DNA of 64,000 bases from Chiloscyllium plagiosum (taxonomy: Eukaryota). The stretch covers positions 9,465,306 to 9,529,305 of the forward strand of contig NC_057755.1 in the NCBI RefSeq assembly GCF_004010195.1. Direction: 5' to 3'. The notes under the pieces are model-generated. The model was not told the origin of the DNA. It saw only the letters and a program-made list of their open reading frames with translations, and did not search any database. Shown here in pieces: positions 24,738-37,770 of the stretch. Position 1 is the first letter of the stretch. Each line of letters begins with the position of its first letter. A program made the translations under genes and the position numbers.

Positions 24738-26485
24738 AAATTGTGTGTGGAGTCAGAGGAGATAGGGGAAGCACTCACAGCTATATTTTAGACAGTATTC
24801 ATTCTAGAAAACGACAATGCTGTTGAGAAGAACACTGAAATACAGGGTACTAGACTAGGTGTGATTGAGGTTCACAAGGAAGAGGTATTAGAAATCCTGC
24901 CGAGTGTGACAATAGATAAGTTCCCTGGGCTTTATGGAATTTATCTAAGGATCCTCTGGGAAGCCGGGGTGGTGGTGGGGGGTGAGGTGGGGGGGGGGGG
25001 GGCGAGATTACCAGGCCTTTGGCATTGATCTTTAAATCGTCAATGTCTACAGGAATAGTACCAGAAGACTGGAGGAAAGCAAATGTGGTTTCCCTGTTCA
25101 AGAAGGGGAGTAGAGACAACCCGGGTATTTATGGACCAGTGAGCCTTACTTCAGTTGTTGGTTAAGTGTTGGAAAAGGTTATAAGCGTTCTGTATTATAA
25201 TCAACTAGAAAATAATAATTTGATTAGGGATAGTCAGCACGGTTTTGTGAAGGTTAGGCCGTGCCTCACAAACCTTATTGAGTTCGTTGAGAAGGTGACC
25301 AAACAGGTAGATGAGAGTAAACTGGTTGATGTGGTACATAAGGATTTCAACAAGGCGATCCATAAGGTTCACCAGAGTAGGCTATTGTACAGAATGCGGA
25401 AGAATGGGATAGTGGGAGATATAGCAGTTTGGAGCAGTAATTGGCTTGCTGAAAGAAGACAGAGGGTGGTGGTTGATGGGAAATGTTCATACTGGATGCC
25501 AGTTACCAGTGGTGCACCAAAAAGGGTCAGTGTTGGGTCCACTGCTGTTCGTCATTTTAATAAACGACCTGGATGAGGGCGTAAAAGAGTGGGTTAGTAA
25601 ATTTGCAGACAATACTCAGATCAGTGGAGTTTTGGATCGTGACGAAGGATGTTGCAGGTTTCAGAGAAACATGGATAAGCTGAAGAGCTCGGCTGAGAGA
25701 TGGCAAATGGAGTTTAATTCCGAACAAGTGAGAGGTGATTCACTTTGGTCTGAGTAACCAGAATGCAAAGCACGGGGCTAATGGTAAGATTCTTGGTACT
25801 GCAGATGAGCAGAGAGATTTCGGTGTCCAGGTACAGTGATCCTTAAAAGTTGCCACCCAGGTTGACAGGGCTGTTGATAACGCATACAGTATTTTAGCTT
25901 TCATTAATAGAGGGATCGAGTTCCCGAACCATGAGGTTATGCTACAAGCTGTGGTGCGGCCGCACTTGGAGTATTGTGTACAGTTCTGGTCACCGCATTA
26001 TAAGAAGAACATGGACATTTTGGAAAGGGTGCAGAGGATATTTACGAGGATGTTGCCTGGTATGGAAGGAAGGTCCTACGAGGAAAGGCTGAGGGACTTG
26101 AGGGTGTATTCATAAGAGAGAAGAAGCTTGAGACGTGACTTAATAGAGACATATAAGATAATCAGAGGGTTAGATAGGATGGACAGGGAGAGGCTTTTTT
26201 CCAAATATGGTGACGGCGAGCACGAGGAGGCTTTAAATTGAGGGGTAACAGATATAGCACAGATTTCAGCGGTAGATTCTTTACACAGTGAGTTGGAAGG
26301 GTATGGAATGCTTTGCCTGCAACTGTAGTAGATTCGCCAACTTTAAATACATTTAAGTCGTCATTGGACAGGCATATGGATGTACATGGAATAGTGCAGG
26401 TTAGATGGGCTTCAGTTTGCTATGACAGGCTGGCGCAACATCGAGGGCCGAAGGGCCTGTGCTGACCTGTAATGTTCTATATTCT
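24738..26485 (+). mobile_element. CR1 LINE, 5'-truncated
   Basis: DSQHGFVKVRPCLTNLIEF, GSVLGPLLFVILINDLD, FADNT; tail CATCGAGGGCCGAAGGGCCTGT..TTCTATATTCTAT. Confidence 0.88.
24966..25002 (+). repeat. G-rich low-complexity tract within a CR1
   Basis: GGGGTGGTGGTGGGGGGTGAGGT followed by a long G run. The sister CR1 copy (~55520-55530) has only a short GGGAGGAG here. Confidence 0.8.
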
Positions 26486-26984
26486 ATAAAAGCATATAAT
26501 AAAAAAAACACCATTTTCCTCACTATTGTGGGTACAGAAAATAAAGACAAATAAAGACACAAACACATGCATTCTTGTTCAAAACTCCCAACCCACACCC
26601 ACATGCACAGATAGGTTTGTGCGGCGAATTTGTACGTGCATAATTACACTATATGATTCTCAAAAACTGCATGAATCCATGTAAGATTCTCTAAATTATT
26701 TTATTTTAGAAATGGAATCAGTCTGAACATTAGAGCACAGACATGCTCACACCATCAGCTCACACCATCAATTCATTATCTGATCAGACATGACACCTGT
26801 TATTAAAGTGCACTTGAGAATGTAAGTTCAAACAAATTCTTGGTTTTGCATGTAGAAGAAATGATTGTAAAATGATCATTCTAAAAGATACTAGAAGTAA
26901 GAAAAATTGCAATTTTTTCCATTACGTAATTGCATTTGCATCACAGTGTAAGCGTTTACCATGAATTCCGTGACTTATGATCTT

Positions 26985-27520
26985 TGCGGCCAAACTTGGA
27001 ATATTGTATACAATTCCGGCCCTCATACTTCAGGAAGGATGTGGAAGCATTGGAAAAGCTGCAGAGGAGATTTACCAGGATGATGCCTGGTCTGGAGTGA
27101 AGGTCTTATGAGGAAAGGCTGAAAGACTTGGATCTGTTCTCAATGGAAAGAAGAAGGCTAAGAGGAGATTTCAGAGAGACACACAAGTTCATCAGAGAAT
27201 TAGATAGGGTAGACAGTAAAAGTATTTTTCCTAGGATGATGACGTCAACTTGTAGGTGGGGGCATAACTACAAATTGAGGGGTGATAGATTTAAGATAGA
27301 TGTCAGAAGCAGGTTCTTTACTCAGAGAGTGGTAAGGGCGTGGAATGCCCTACCTGGAAACGTAGACAACTCAGTCATATTCGGGAGATTTAAACAATCC
27401 TTAGATAAGCACATGGATGATTTTGGGATAGTGTAGGGTGATGAGCTGAGAATAATGCACAGGTCGGCGCAACATCGTGGGCCGAATGGCCTGTTCTGCG
27501 CTGTATCGTTCTCTGTTTTA
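26985..27520 (+). mobile_element. CR1 3' fragment inserted in the upstream pseudo-LTR of the family 2 PLE
   Basis: ERRRLRGD..RFFTQRVVRAWNALP plus CR1 tail. The flanks rejoin to match the uninterrupted repeat at ~30990-31030. Confidence 0.85.
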
Positions 27521-30382
27521 TATTCTCTTACACAACCACCTGATGAAGGAGCAGCGCTACGAAATGTAATGCTTCCAATTAAACCTGTTTGTCTATAAAC
27601 TGATGTTTTTTGATCTTTAACTTTGTACACCCTAATCAAAACCTGGCACCTCCAAATCATGACGACCATCGACACCATGAACTGCGAGTTTAAAGTGGAG
27701 TGGATCTGCAAAGAGATCACACATCTGGACACAGACATCAATTGTGTTTGCATAAATGCATGAATCAGGATTGATCACAAATGGATGACGAATCACAAAC
27801 TAACTCAACTCGACCTCCAACTCAGAATATGTGGAGAAATTTTGCCACTGCATCTCTCGCAAGCCCCTCAAACATCTTGTGCACGAACTGTACAGCAGAT
27901 GCCACACACTTGAAATTAAGTTGGAGTCCACACTGTCTTTTTACACTCAGAATACTGCAGTACAATAAATAGGACATGACAAAATAGTTATGGCGATGAA
28001 ACTACATTGCCTATATGTCCATCAATAACAAGAAACTGGAGAAATCTGGCATCACAACCAGCAGTAGCAAACCCGCCCTGGCACCGCAGTGGAAACTGTT
28101 ATCACCATGGGGAAGTCAATCGGCAACTTGTCAGACTACAGCTTTCAACCAGAAGAGATTGGAGTTCTTCACAGGGTTTTCAATTTCTGCCCCATCACCA
28201 AAATGGATCCCATGGGTCTTGCAGCAGGCACAGAGGCATTCATCAGATGAATGAGACTCTGGGAATTGTTTCAGGATGGCAGCAGTGAGCCAAATGAGCC
28301 CACTGATGAACCAGAACAACCATCGGGATCGTTAGAGGGGTGAAGAAAGAAGGAGTCAAATTGGACCCACCAGAAGGCCGCAGTCCTGGGCTTACTACAG
28401 ATGTTCAAATTGTCAGGAATACATAATTGCTAGATTCATCAGTCACACCCACAAGGGGGAGCAAAATGTCACTCAATCATAATGCCCCTTCATCCATGCT
28501 CTCAAACCAAACACAACATTGTCATCAAAGTAGCAGGTAAAGGCTGAGCCATCTTCATTCAGAATCGGACAGACAACTGCAAGCAATTGTACCGACAACT
28601 GAACATCTGGGAACACTACAGGCAAGTATCGGCTGAACTGACCAAAATGCCCTCTAGTGATCTAAACATAGTGATTAGTAATTTGGATTGAGTCCTTCAG
28701 AGTTCTCCTAATCCCACGTATTGCATCATGAAGGCGACTTCTAATACCTTCTCAAGTTAAACAAAGCCAACAGTCCAGGTCATCTAATCTCATGAGGCAA
28801 TGGGACCCTGTGTATGAACCTCTCTGCCGATGTCATAAAGTCATACAGATGTACAGCATGGAAACAGACACTTCGGTGCAACCCGTCCATGCCGACCAGA
28901 TATCCCAATCCAAACCACTCCTACCTGCCAGCATCTTGAAGCCCATTGTACAGGAAAAGCCCCAACTTCTGTCGCAACACTCCATATTTCTTCCAGAAAC
29001 GCTGAACTTCCGAAGCAGCTGAAGCTGAAACATTCATCATCACAATGGATGTTTTAGCATTCCACATCAGCATCCCCCACATGATGGCATCGTGGCAACA
29101 GTCTCAGTACTCAACAACAACAAGTGTTAATCTCCGACCTCCATCTTTCAACTCATCAGTTTTTTACTCGACCACAACGTTTTCACCTTTAACAATCAGT
29201 TCTTCATCCAAACACACGGAACAGCTATGGAGACCAAATTTGCACCCCAATATGCCAAGAGTTTCATTCACAGGTTCGAACACGACTTCTCCTCCACACA
29301 GAAACCCCATCCAACACTATGTACTAGGTATATTAACGGCATTTCTTCCTCTGTACTAATGGCAAGGACTTACTGAAACAACTACACGTAGATACCAACA
29401 AATTTCATTCCACCATCAAATTCAGCATGGACTACTCTTTAGTATCTGTCGCATTCTTGGACACATGCATCTCCATCAAAGATGGCCACCTCAGCCCCGC
29501 ACTCTACTGCAATTTCACGGATAACCTCACGATGCTACACTTCTCCACCCGAATCATATTAAAACAGCCATTCACTATGGACAAGCCCGAAGAATGCACA
29601 GGATCCACTCAGATGAGGAGGAATGTGACGGGCACTTGCAAATGCTCAAGGATCCCCACATAAGAACAAGGTACAATGCTGAATTCATCTACCACCAGTT
29701 CTGACCGGCCACAGAGAGAAAGTGTAATGACCTCCTCTGGAGACATGAGCAGAAACCGATGGGGTATGCTTCATTATCCAGTATTTCCCCTTAGTCGAAA
29801 AACTTCTTCATGTTCTTCACAGTATGCACCACATTATCAGTGAGGATGAGCACCTCACCAAGACCTTCGCTTCACCGCCACCTCTCGCCTTTAACAATCA
29901 CCAACCCTCAAACAGATCACTGTTCACAGCAATCTGCCCGGCTTTCAGGACAACACCGCACAACCCTGTACTGGCAGACTCAGCAATTCGTGTCAGTGTC
30001 ATCATGGATACCTCCATTACACTTTGGGACCCAATTAACCATTCCCATGGCAGGTACTCTTGTGACTCAGTCAACGTTGTCTATCTCATGCAATGCAGGC
30101 AAGGATGACCTGAGGCAAAGTACATTGGCAAGACCGAGCAGAGGCTATGGCAATGGACACCGTACAACAATCAACAGACAGGAGTGTTCCATCCAAGTCG
30201 GTGTATACTTCAGTGGTCTGGGACAATCGACCTTGGACCTTTGAGTGACCATCCTCCCAAACAGACTTCAGGACACGTAATGATGCAAAGTGGCTGAGCA
30301 ATGTCTGATATCCAATTTCCGTACCCACGGGCATGACCTCAACTATGACTTTTGTTCATGTCACCAAACAAGTGATCCCACT

Positions 30383-30470
30383 GCACACACATACACGCAA
30401 GCACACACACACACGCAAACACACACACACACACGCAAACACACACACACACAAACTCACACACACACCT
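30383..30470. repeat. (CA)n-rich microsatellite
   Basis: Imperfect CA/CACG runs, visible directly. Confidence 0.9.
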
Positions 30471-31641
30471 ACAGACTTATCCAGACCCTTTCACACAAAA
30501 GCTCTCTCTCATACGTTCACACATACATGCCCAAACGCACACTCATGCATGCACGCTCTCACAGAATCGTACCCCTTTGCACTCACACTCACACAAATAC
30601 TCATACACACACGCTTAACAGACACTCATGCCCACCCAAAATATGGATGAATATGTGCTTGCAGACTTACATTTTACTTTGCTTAAAAACTGCAAAATTT
30701 CAAGTAAGATTCTCTAAATCCTTGTTTCAGATTAGAATTAGACTGAACATTTGATGCGGACAGCCTCATACAGCGCACCTCACAGCTTCAATGCATTATC
30801 GGAGCTGACATGGCACCTATATTTAAGGTTCAATTGAGAATGTAACTTTAAAAGAAATGTTCTATGATTTACGTTAAAAAAAAGTGATACCACTATGGTC
30901 ATTCTAAAAGATGAATGACCTTCCAAAGAATCCATGTGTTTTTCAATATGTAATTTCAGTTGCATCACACTGTAAATGTTTTCTGTCAATTCTGTGTCTT
31001 CAGATCTTACACTCCCCAACCAGCTGATGAAGGAGCAGTGCTCAAAATACTTGTGCCTCCAAATAAGCCTGTTGTATTATAATCTGATATTGTGTGATTT
31101 TTAACTTTATATACCCCAGTACAACACCCGAATGAGAGATCGTTGTTCAGGATAATGAGGGAGCAGATTTAAAACAGAGGTGTGGGCAAAACATTTCTTT
31201 CAAAGGGTTTTGACACATTGGAATAACTTGCCTGAGTGTGTAGTGGATGGTGAGGCAACAAGAAAATTGATAGACCTGTAATGAATAAAGCTTTGAATGT
31301 TTATAGAGCGATAACAGGAAAGTGCTGTTGATGTCGGGATGTGATCAGTGATAATCGTATTGCGTGGCATGATACACTCAAGGGGCTGCATCGCCTACTC
31401 CTGCCATTAGTTATTTTATACCAGATTCTACTCAATCCAGTGGTTCCGCATTATTCTGAATTTTGTCTATTAATGAGCATAATATCTCAGCCTGATATTT
31501 TACACATTCTGTACATCCTGTGTTTGCTCTTGTATCCTGTGCTGTTTACAAACAACCGCGGATGTGTGGCGATTTATTTATTAATCACCCAAAGTATTCT
31601 GCCAGCGTCAGTGATACATCCACACAGTTCTATCCTCTTTG

Positions 31642-32416
31642 TCTTATGAAGTTGAAAGTGTGTTCTGTACATTTATATGAGTGTGATTGCTGGTTTGCTT
31701 ACAAGCCCCTGTTATATGAATAATTAACAGCCACAAAGTGTATTGGAAAATTGAAAATATGTGACATTTGGCTACGAAATCTGCTGTTTTAACAACAACT
31801 CATGTCTAAACAATCAGTTTAAATTATGACACAGAATGCAAAAACTCAATAGAGTTTATATTTAATCTTTCGCTAACATTGAACCAATGCAATTATCCTT
31901 TGTTGAGGGCATAAAAATGCAGACATTTTGAAAGTCAAGCAGAATAACTACCATCGACAGAGTAACTGCCATCGAGAGAGTAACTGTCATCTTGACAGAT
32001 TGAAATTCTCTCTATCAAATTTAACTTGTCATATAAAGGGAAATTTGCAGTATAGGACAGACGATGACCCAGGGAGAACCTAGCCACGAGAAGAGAGACA
32101 CCGACGCCAAAAGCCAGCGTTTGGTTTTGAAATTAAGTTGCTGTAATTTCAATGAGGTTTTTTTTTTATTGGAACAGTATATTGTTCTGGAGTTGAATGC
32201 AGATAAAATCAGTTTTGACAAAAGGGCGCTTCGAGTTGTGAAAACCCATTGTTTAAAGTTCGCTATTAGAGTTAGGGATTAAATCGATATTATTTCATTT
32301 AAATATGATATTTGTGAGTTATCTGTCAGTGATATTTTAACAGATTGCGAGGCGAGGTGATTTTCTTCCAGGTATTTGTTTTAATTCACAGTAAGTTTCA
32401 AAACCTTGTTGTGACA
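31642..32416 (+). repeat. Probable solo LTR distantly related to the element A LTR
   Basis: Colinear similarity to 3019-3723: start TCTTATGAAG vs TGTTATGAAG, CAATCAGTT..AA.TAT, TGGTTTTGA, end GTGACA vs ATAACA. No PBS or TSD seen. Confidence 0.5.
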
Positions 32417-33994
32417 GTCAGCATTCCATGACAATCGATTGTGAAAATGCATACGGCTTTAGAATTTTTTTCTTCAGTTTCTTCTCTGTCTGTTTTAATT
32501 CAACAATTCCACATGCTCCATAATTGCGGCGAAGGTGAGAGACAGTAATATAAGTTTCTGGACAGGGATATAGTGTTGAATACAGCATTGAAACATGTTT
32601 TTAACCGATCTGTGTGAAGCCATCTTCCATGGGTTGAAATATCGTCGTTATGTACTACAAACAGATGATATATCTGTTCTAGGTTCTAATGCAAAGGGAC
32701 TAGGGGAGATATGTGTAAAAATCTGTAATGTGCATTAATATGATGATTTGGAAAGTTAACATCGAACTTGATTTTCCTTGGACGTAGACTGAAGGAAATA
32801 TTCTGAAGATAATGCTTTACCTATCTCCCATTAGGCCTAAACGTAAGCATTTTCTAAAGCTCTGGGGAGGCCAGCTGAAAACTAAACTGGAATAGCTATC
32901 AGAAAAATAGTGCAAGTGAGTATTTGGAGCATTTAAGATGAAAAGGAATGGGAGGTTTATAAATGATTAGCACGAGCCTTAATGTAAATTGTTCGAATGA
33001 TGTGGAGGTTTGATACAAATAGAAGATGCCAATTATTTTTCCCAACATCAAGACCATGAAGTATAAAATGTTTAAAATAAGGTGGTCAAAAAGTGATTGC
33101 CAAAAATAATGTGGAATTTAGGTCCACTTTGTAGAAAAGTGCAAAGGTTAGACCGGAAAACCAGTGCCATGATGCGGAGAAGATTCATTCCACAGAGGCT
33201 TCTTATGACAATAGTAAATGTTGTGATTCAGCCAGCTTGGCGTTAGTATCAATTCCCAGCGTGTATATTCCAAATAACGTAACAGATAAATCCTGTGTCA
33301 GAATCTTTACTGTTTGATAGTATCATCTTATTTCAATCATTTTTGGTATTTTTGATTTGGAGACGTGACCTGTGAATCGAGAGCTGAGGTTTGAGCAGAA
33401 CACCATCTCCTGAAAAAAGAAAGGAGAAGAGCAGTTACATGTTGTTGACGTCCGATATGAAAGTTAATTGTAGATTATTTTTGGTGGATGCTGCTCCATA
33501 GACCCATCAAGTTGAGAAAGGGCTTATCCTCAGCAGAGGTTGAATGTTATCTGGGACCTCAATAGAAAGCAGTCAACGGGAAAGGGAGAGGCCAGAGTTT
33601 GAACTGGGTTTTCAGAAGAATGATTGTGCCTATAAAGGCTGTAAGAAAACAAAAATGATTTGTATTCTCCTCGATTCTCCTCTCATCGTCAACTGTTTTA
33701 AAATTCAAAGAATAGAATCTCTGTTAGTGAAGCAAAGAGAATACTTTGGAACCTGCAGTAAGCTATATTTATCTATCAGTATCATCAGAAACCAAACAAG
33801 ATGCAATCTCGAGTGACAGTGATGTTACAGATCATAGAAACTTCTTATGTAAGCTTGCCCATTTCTTTCCTTTTCACTTTTTCCTGAATATGTCTGCATG
33901 TCTTTTGGATGGAGAGAAGGAGCTATAATTAGAGGATCACGTTCAAAACTTACGCAGTGATAAGATTACTTTGTCATTTAACATTAGCATCCAA

Positions 33995-35378
33995 GAATGT
34001 GGTGCTGAAAAAGCATAGCCACTCAGTCAGCTTATGAGGACCGTACACCCCAACCTCAAATTCTTCTGTTACCTTGTGAACATCTCCGTCCCCTCCCTGA
34101 ACCTCTGCCTCTCCTTCTCGGGTGACTGACTGACCACAGATCTCTATGACAATCCCACCAACTCCCAGCCGTACTAGGCTACATCTCGTCCCACCATACC
34201 TTCTGTAAAAATGACATCCCTTATTCCCAATTCCTCTGTTTCCACCATATCTGTTCCAGGTTGACGTTCCAGGTCTAACTTAGAAAATCCCAGATGGCCT
34301 CCTTCCTCCAAGATCAGAATTTCCCTTCCCACATAGATGACGATCACCTCCAGCACATCTCTTCCATTTCCCACAACTCCGCCCTGGAATTCCCCACTTG
34401 CCAATGCAACAAAGACAGAACCACCTCCGGTCCTCAATTTTCACGTCACCAACTTTCATACATAGTATTATAATCTGCCACTTCCGCCAACTACAAATTG
34501 ACACCACCACCAGATATAACCTCCCCTCCCCACTCCTATCAGTGATCTCAAGAGACCATTCACTCTGCGACTCCTTTGCGAGATCCACACCTCACCAGCC
34601 CACACCTGACTTTCAACACCTTCCCCGCCACTGCAGAGAGTGCACACCTGCGCCCACACTACTCCAATCATTTCCATCCTAAGTTCAAAAGGATCTTTCC
34701 ACGTCCGACAGAAAATTAACTGCATCTCCACCAATGTCATCTACCATATCTGTTGAGCCCGATGTGGCCTCCACTACTTCGGGGAGACAAAACGCCTACA
34801 AGCAGATCATTCTGGAGTATATCTCTGTGGTATCCGCTGCAACCAACCTCACTGCCCTATGGCTGAACACTTTAACTCCCCTTCCCACTCCACCAATGAC
34901 CTGCAGATCCTGGGCCGCCTCCATCACCAACCACTTGCCAATGGTTACCGAGAGGAAGAACGCGTCAGATTCCATTTTGGGACCCTGCAACCACAAGGGA
35001 CTAATGCAGATTTCACCAGTTCCGTCATTTCCCATTCCCCCACATTATTCCAGGCTCAATCCTCCAACTCGGCACCACTCTCCTGACCTGTCCATGACCT
35101 TTCCCATTTATCCGCTCCACTGTCTCCTCCAACCTGTCACAATTTCTCCCACCTTCATCTTCCAATCGCATTCTCAGCTACTTCCCCCCCTCCCCAACTC
35201 CACCCCGTCCCAGTTATCCCTTTGCCCAACCGGCCCGCAAACTTCATTCCTGATGAAGGGCTTGTGGCCAAAGCATCATTCTCCTGTTCGTCGGATACTG
35301 TCTGACCTGCTGTGTTTTTCCAGCACCACACTCTCGACTCTGATCTCCAGCATCTGCAGTCCTCACTTTCACCTCCCA
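33995..35378 (+). mobile_element. Penelope-like (family 1) 3' half with a short inverted terminal-repeat piece at the 5' end
   Basis: Colinear with ~42930-44230; MAEHFNSPSHS..EEERVRFHFGTLQP; terminal CCTGATGAAGGGCTTGTGGCC..CAGCATCTGCAGTC. Confidence 0.8.
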
Positions 35379-35808
35379 TGTGGCTCGTGATTCGAAATGT
35401 CTGTTTAAAAAGTAATTGAGTCAATTTTGAAGATAATCAATCATTTAAATCTTACTGTATTGTAAGTACAGTGATACAGAAGATGCTTTGCTTTGGCTGT
35501 CAGTCATTTTGTCAAAACAAATGTGACATATTCTAAGTACAACGTCCTTCATCTACTTTGAACTGTGTAATACTTGACTGTCTTTAATAGACAATGTGCG
35601 AAACAGCAAATTTGCAGTGTCTCTGTACCAGTGCGTTGTTGACCCAAAATGTGCTTTGTGACTCATGTATATTTAATGAAAACTGTTATACAGAGGTTTG
35701 AGCCGTTCATCGTAAGATGTGTCAACTGTATATTTTTTTCTGAGTATTCCTTTTCAGTATTTCTTACTTATTCTGAGTATAAAATTTATTTTTATTTTGC
35801 CTCATTAG

Positions 35809-36764
35809 CAAACCTGGTGGCAACAATAACTTTGTCGAAGTGAAACTGCGGTCTTTTTGATTGTTCCTCTGCCTTACATGGTGGCCATGGCAACTGCAGG
35901 TCTTCAGATCACGACCTTCAACGTAACTGTGCAACGCATTTTCAGTTTTGAATTTGCATATTCCTTCTTCTCATGCACTGGTGTTTACGATGTCGTTAAC
36001 TACACGAGCTCTGTCAACCTGTAATAGCAGTGTGGTTCACTGTCACTTTTACGCTTGACAGATGTACAGGTATATGTCCTGAGAGGCTAAAAACAAAGTA
36101 CTGCAGAGCGAGGACAGTAGCTGCAGTTATAACGATAACCACTGCCCTAGTTTGCCTGGAGAACATAACGTTTTGGTTTGCATAAGAAACAAAAGTGGTA
36201 ATTGATCATTTACAGCTGGGTTGACGCAGCAATTTGCAATTCTTCACTTCGCCGCAAGGTGTAACATTCTCCTGGTTACATCGTATTTTACTTCTTTCCC
36301 TTCCATTTTCTTTGATGTTCTTATGCAATTGCTTGACAGTCAGATGTATTGCCGTAACCAATAGAGCACGCAGGTCAGTCCGGGATCACAAATGTCGGCG
36401 TGAAATAGACCCAGAGATGGAAAGTCGAAGGGTGTCCATAATTTTACTCTTCAAAGTTTCAGGCAGTTTTATCGTTCTTTGGCGAACAGCATCACTGAGC
36501 TTTTTGTCTCCGAGGATAAGGAACAACACACTCCATCAAGCTGATTATGTAACTCCTGCTGACATTGCCATTGAAACTGGCCAAATGCTCGTGTATTTGA
36601 GTTCATGCACAAACGTGTTCTTTTATGCAGCCATGCATAGTAAATTCAGCCAAGAGGTAAAGGATATATTAACATTTCCTTGGTCATTTATTCTGACAAT
36701 GGCTAATCAGAAGAAAACATGGAAAAATTTCTCTGCGTCAGAAATTCCTAAGCGGATAAAATAA
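35809..36764 (+). pseudogene. GPR139-like GPCR pseudogene (exon 2 remnant)
   Basis: TAG acceptor ends at 35808, same phase as the intact gene. Reads ANLVATITLSK*NCGL..YMVAMATA..VWFTVTFTLDRC..KTKYC..DPEMESRRVSIILL..SCTNVFFYAAMHSKF. Stops at 35841, 36022-36027, 36183 and 36222; frameshifts near 35875 and 36028. Confidence 0.88.
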
Positions 36765-37109
36765 ACCTCTTTCATTTAACAATTTCCTATTTTTCTCCAT
36801 GATTGCAAGTAGGCAGTTAAAATAAAGAATGGTGAAACCTTTTCAGTGTTGAACTATTTTTCATGAATGGCAATAAATAGTTTATTATTTCAAGTTAAAT
36901 AGAACAAGTGAATACAGTGAATATACTTGTTCTTCTCTAACAGACATGCACCTCAACATTTGATAATTAGCAAACATATATATCTTTCATATTGGTGACA
37001 AACTGAATTTCTCATTGCTGATATCAACGACCATTTTAAACATGATTTCACTTTTAATCCACTTTTTCAGTTATTCATTTCAACTTCTTCTCAAATCTCT
37101 GTAACTGGT

Positions 37110-37770
37110 ACCCCAGTGTCCTGACCCATAGGCCACAATCAGTGAAGACTGGGCACAATATTTCATCCTCAATAACACACTACACTGGCGACCCCCAGGG
37201 ATGCTTACTCAGCCCACTACTGTATTCAATGTTAACCCATGACTGCGTTACCAAATACCAGGCTAATGACATTTTCAAGTTCGCTGATGACAGCATCGAT
37301 GTCGGCTGAATCTCAGATGGTGAAGAAACAGAGTACAGATGGGAGGTGGAAGACCTGGAACAATGGTGCACTGAGAACTGGTTAGCTTTCAGTGCCGGCA
37401 AAACGAAAGAACTCATTAATGACTTTTGGCAGGATGTTACTCATGGCCCACAATACAATAACAGCACAGTGGTTGACCGTCAAACTCTTAGGTGTGGTCA
37501 TCAACAACAAGCTTTCTTGAAATCTTTATGTGGACGCACTAGTTACAAAGGCCCAACAACGTCTCTTCTTTCTCACTCAGCTGAGGAAATTTGGCATGAC
37601 GTGAATACCCTTGCAAACTTTTATAACTCTGCCATTGAGAACATTCAGTCTGAATGTATTGCTACCTGGTATGGCAACTAAGATCGGAGACGGTTACAGA
37701 AAGTGGTGAACTGGACTAGGACATAACAAAGGTCTACCTCCCATCTGTGAAATCCATCTATCAGACCTGC
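37110..37770 (+). mobile_element. Rex1/Babar-like RT fragment
   Basis: GDPQGCLLSPLLYS, FADDS, EDLEQWCTENWLAFSAGKTKELI. Confidence 0.75.

Larger units (their letters stand above)
26560..31130 (+). mobile_element. Near full-length decayed Penelope-like element (family 2) with direct pseudo-LTRs
   Basis: Direct repeat of ~26600-26985 plus 27520-27650 versus ~30640-31130. RT remnants (GTAMETKFAP, SVAFLDTCISIKDGHLS) and endonuclease start (RYSCDSVNVVYLMQCRQG). Confidence 0.8.

Noticed and set aside
30290..30754. His/Thr-rich ORFs
   Set aside because: They are translations of a (CA)n microsatellite.
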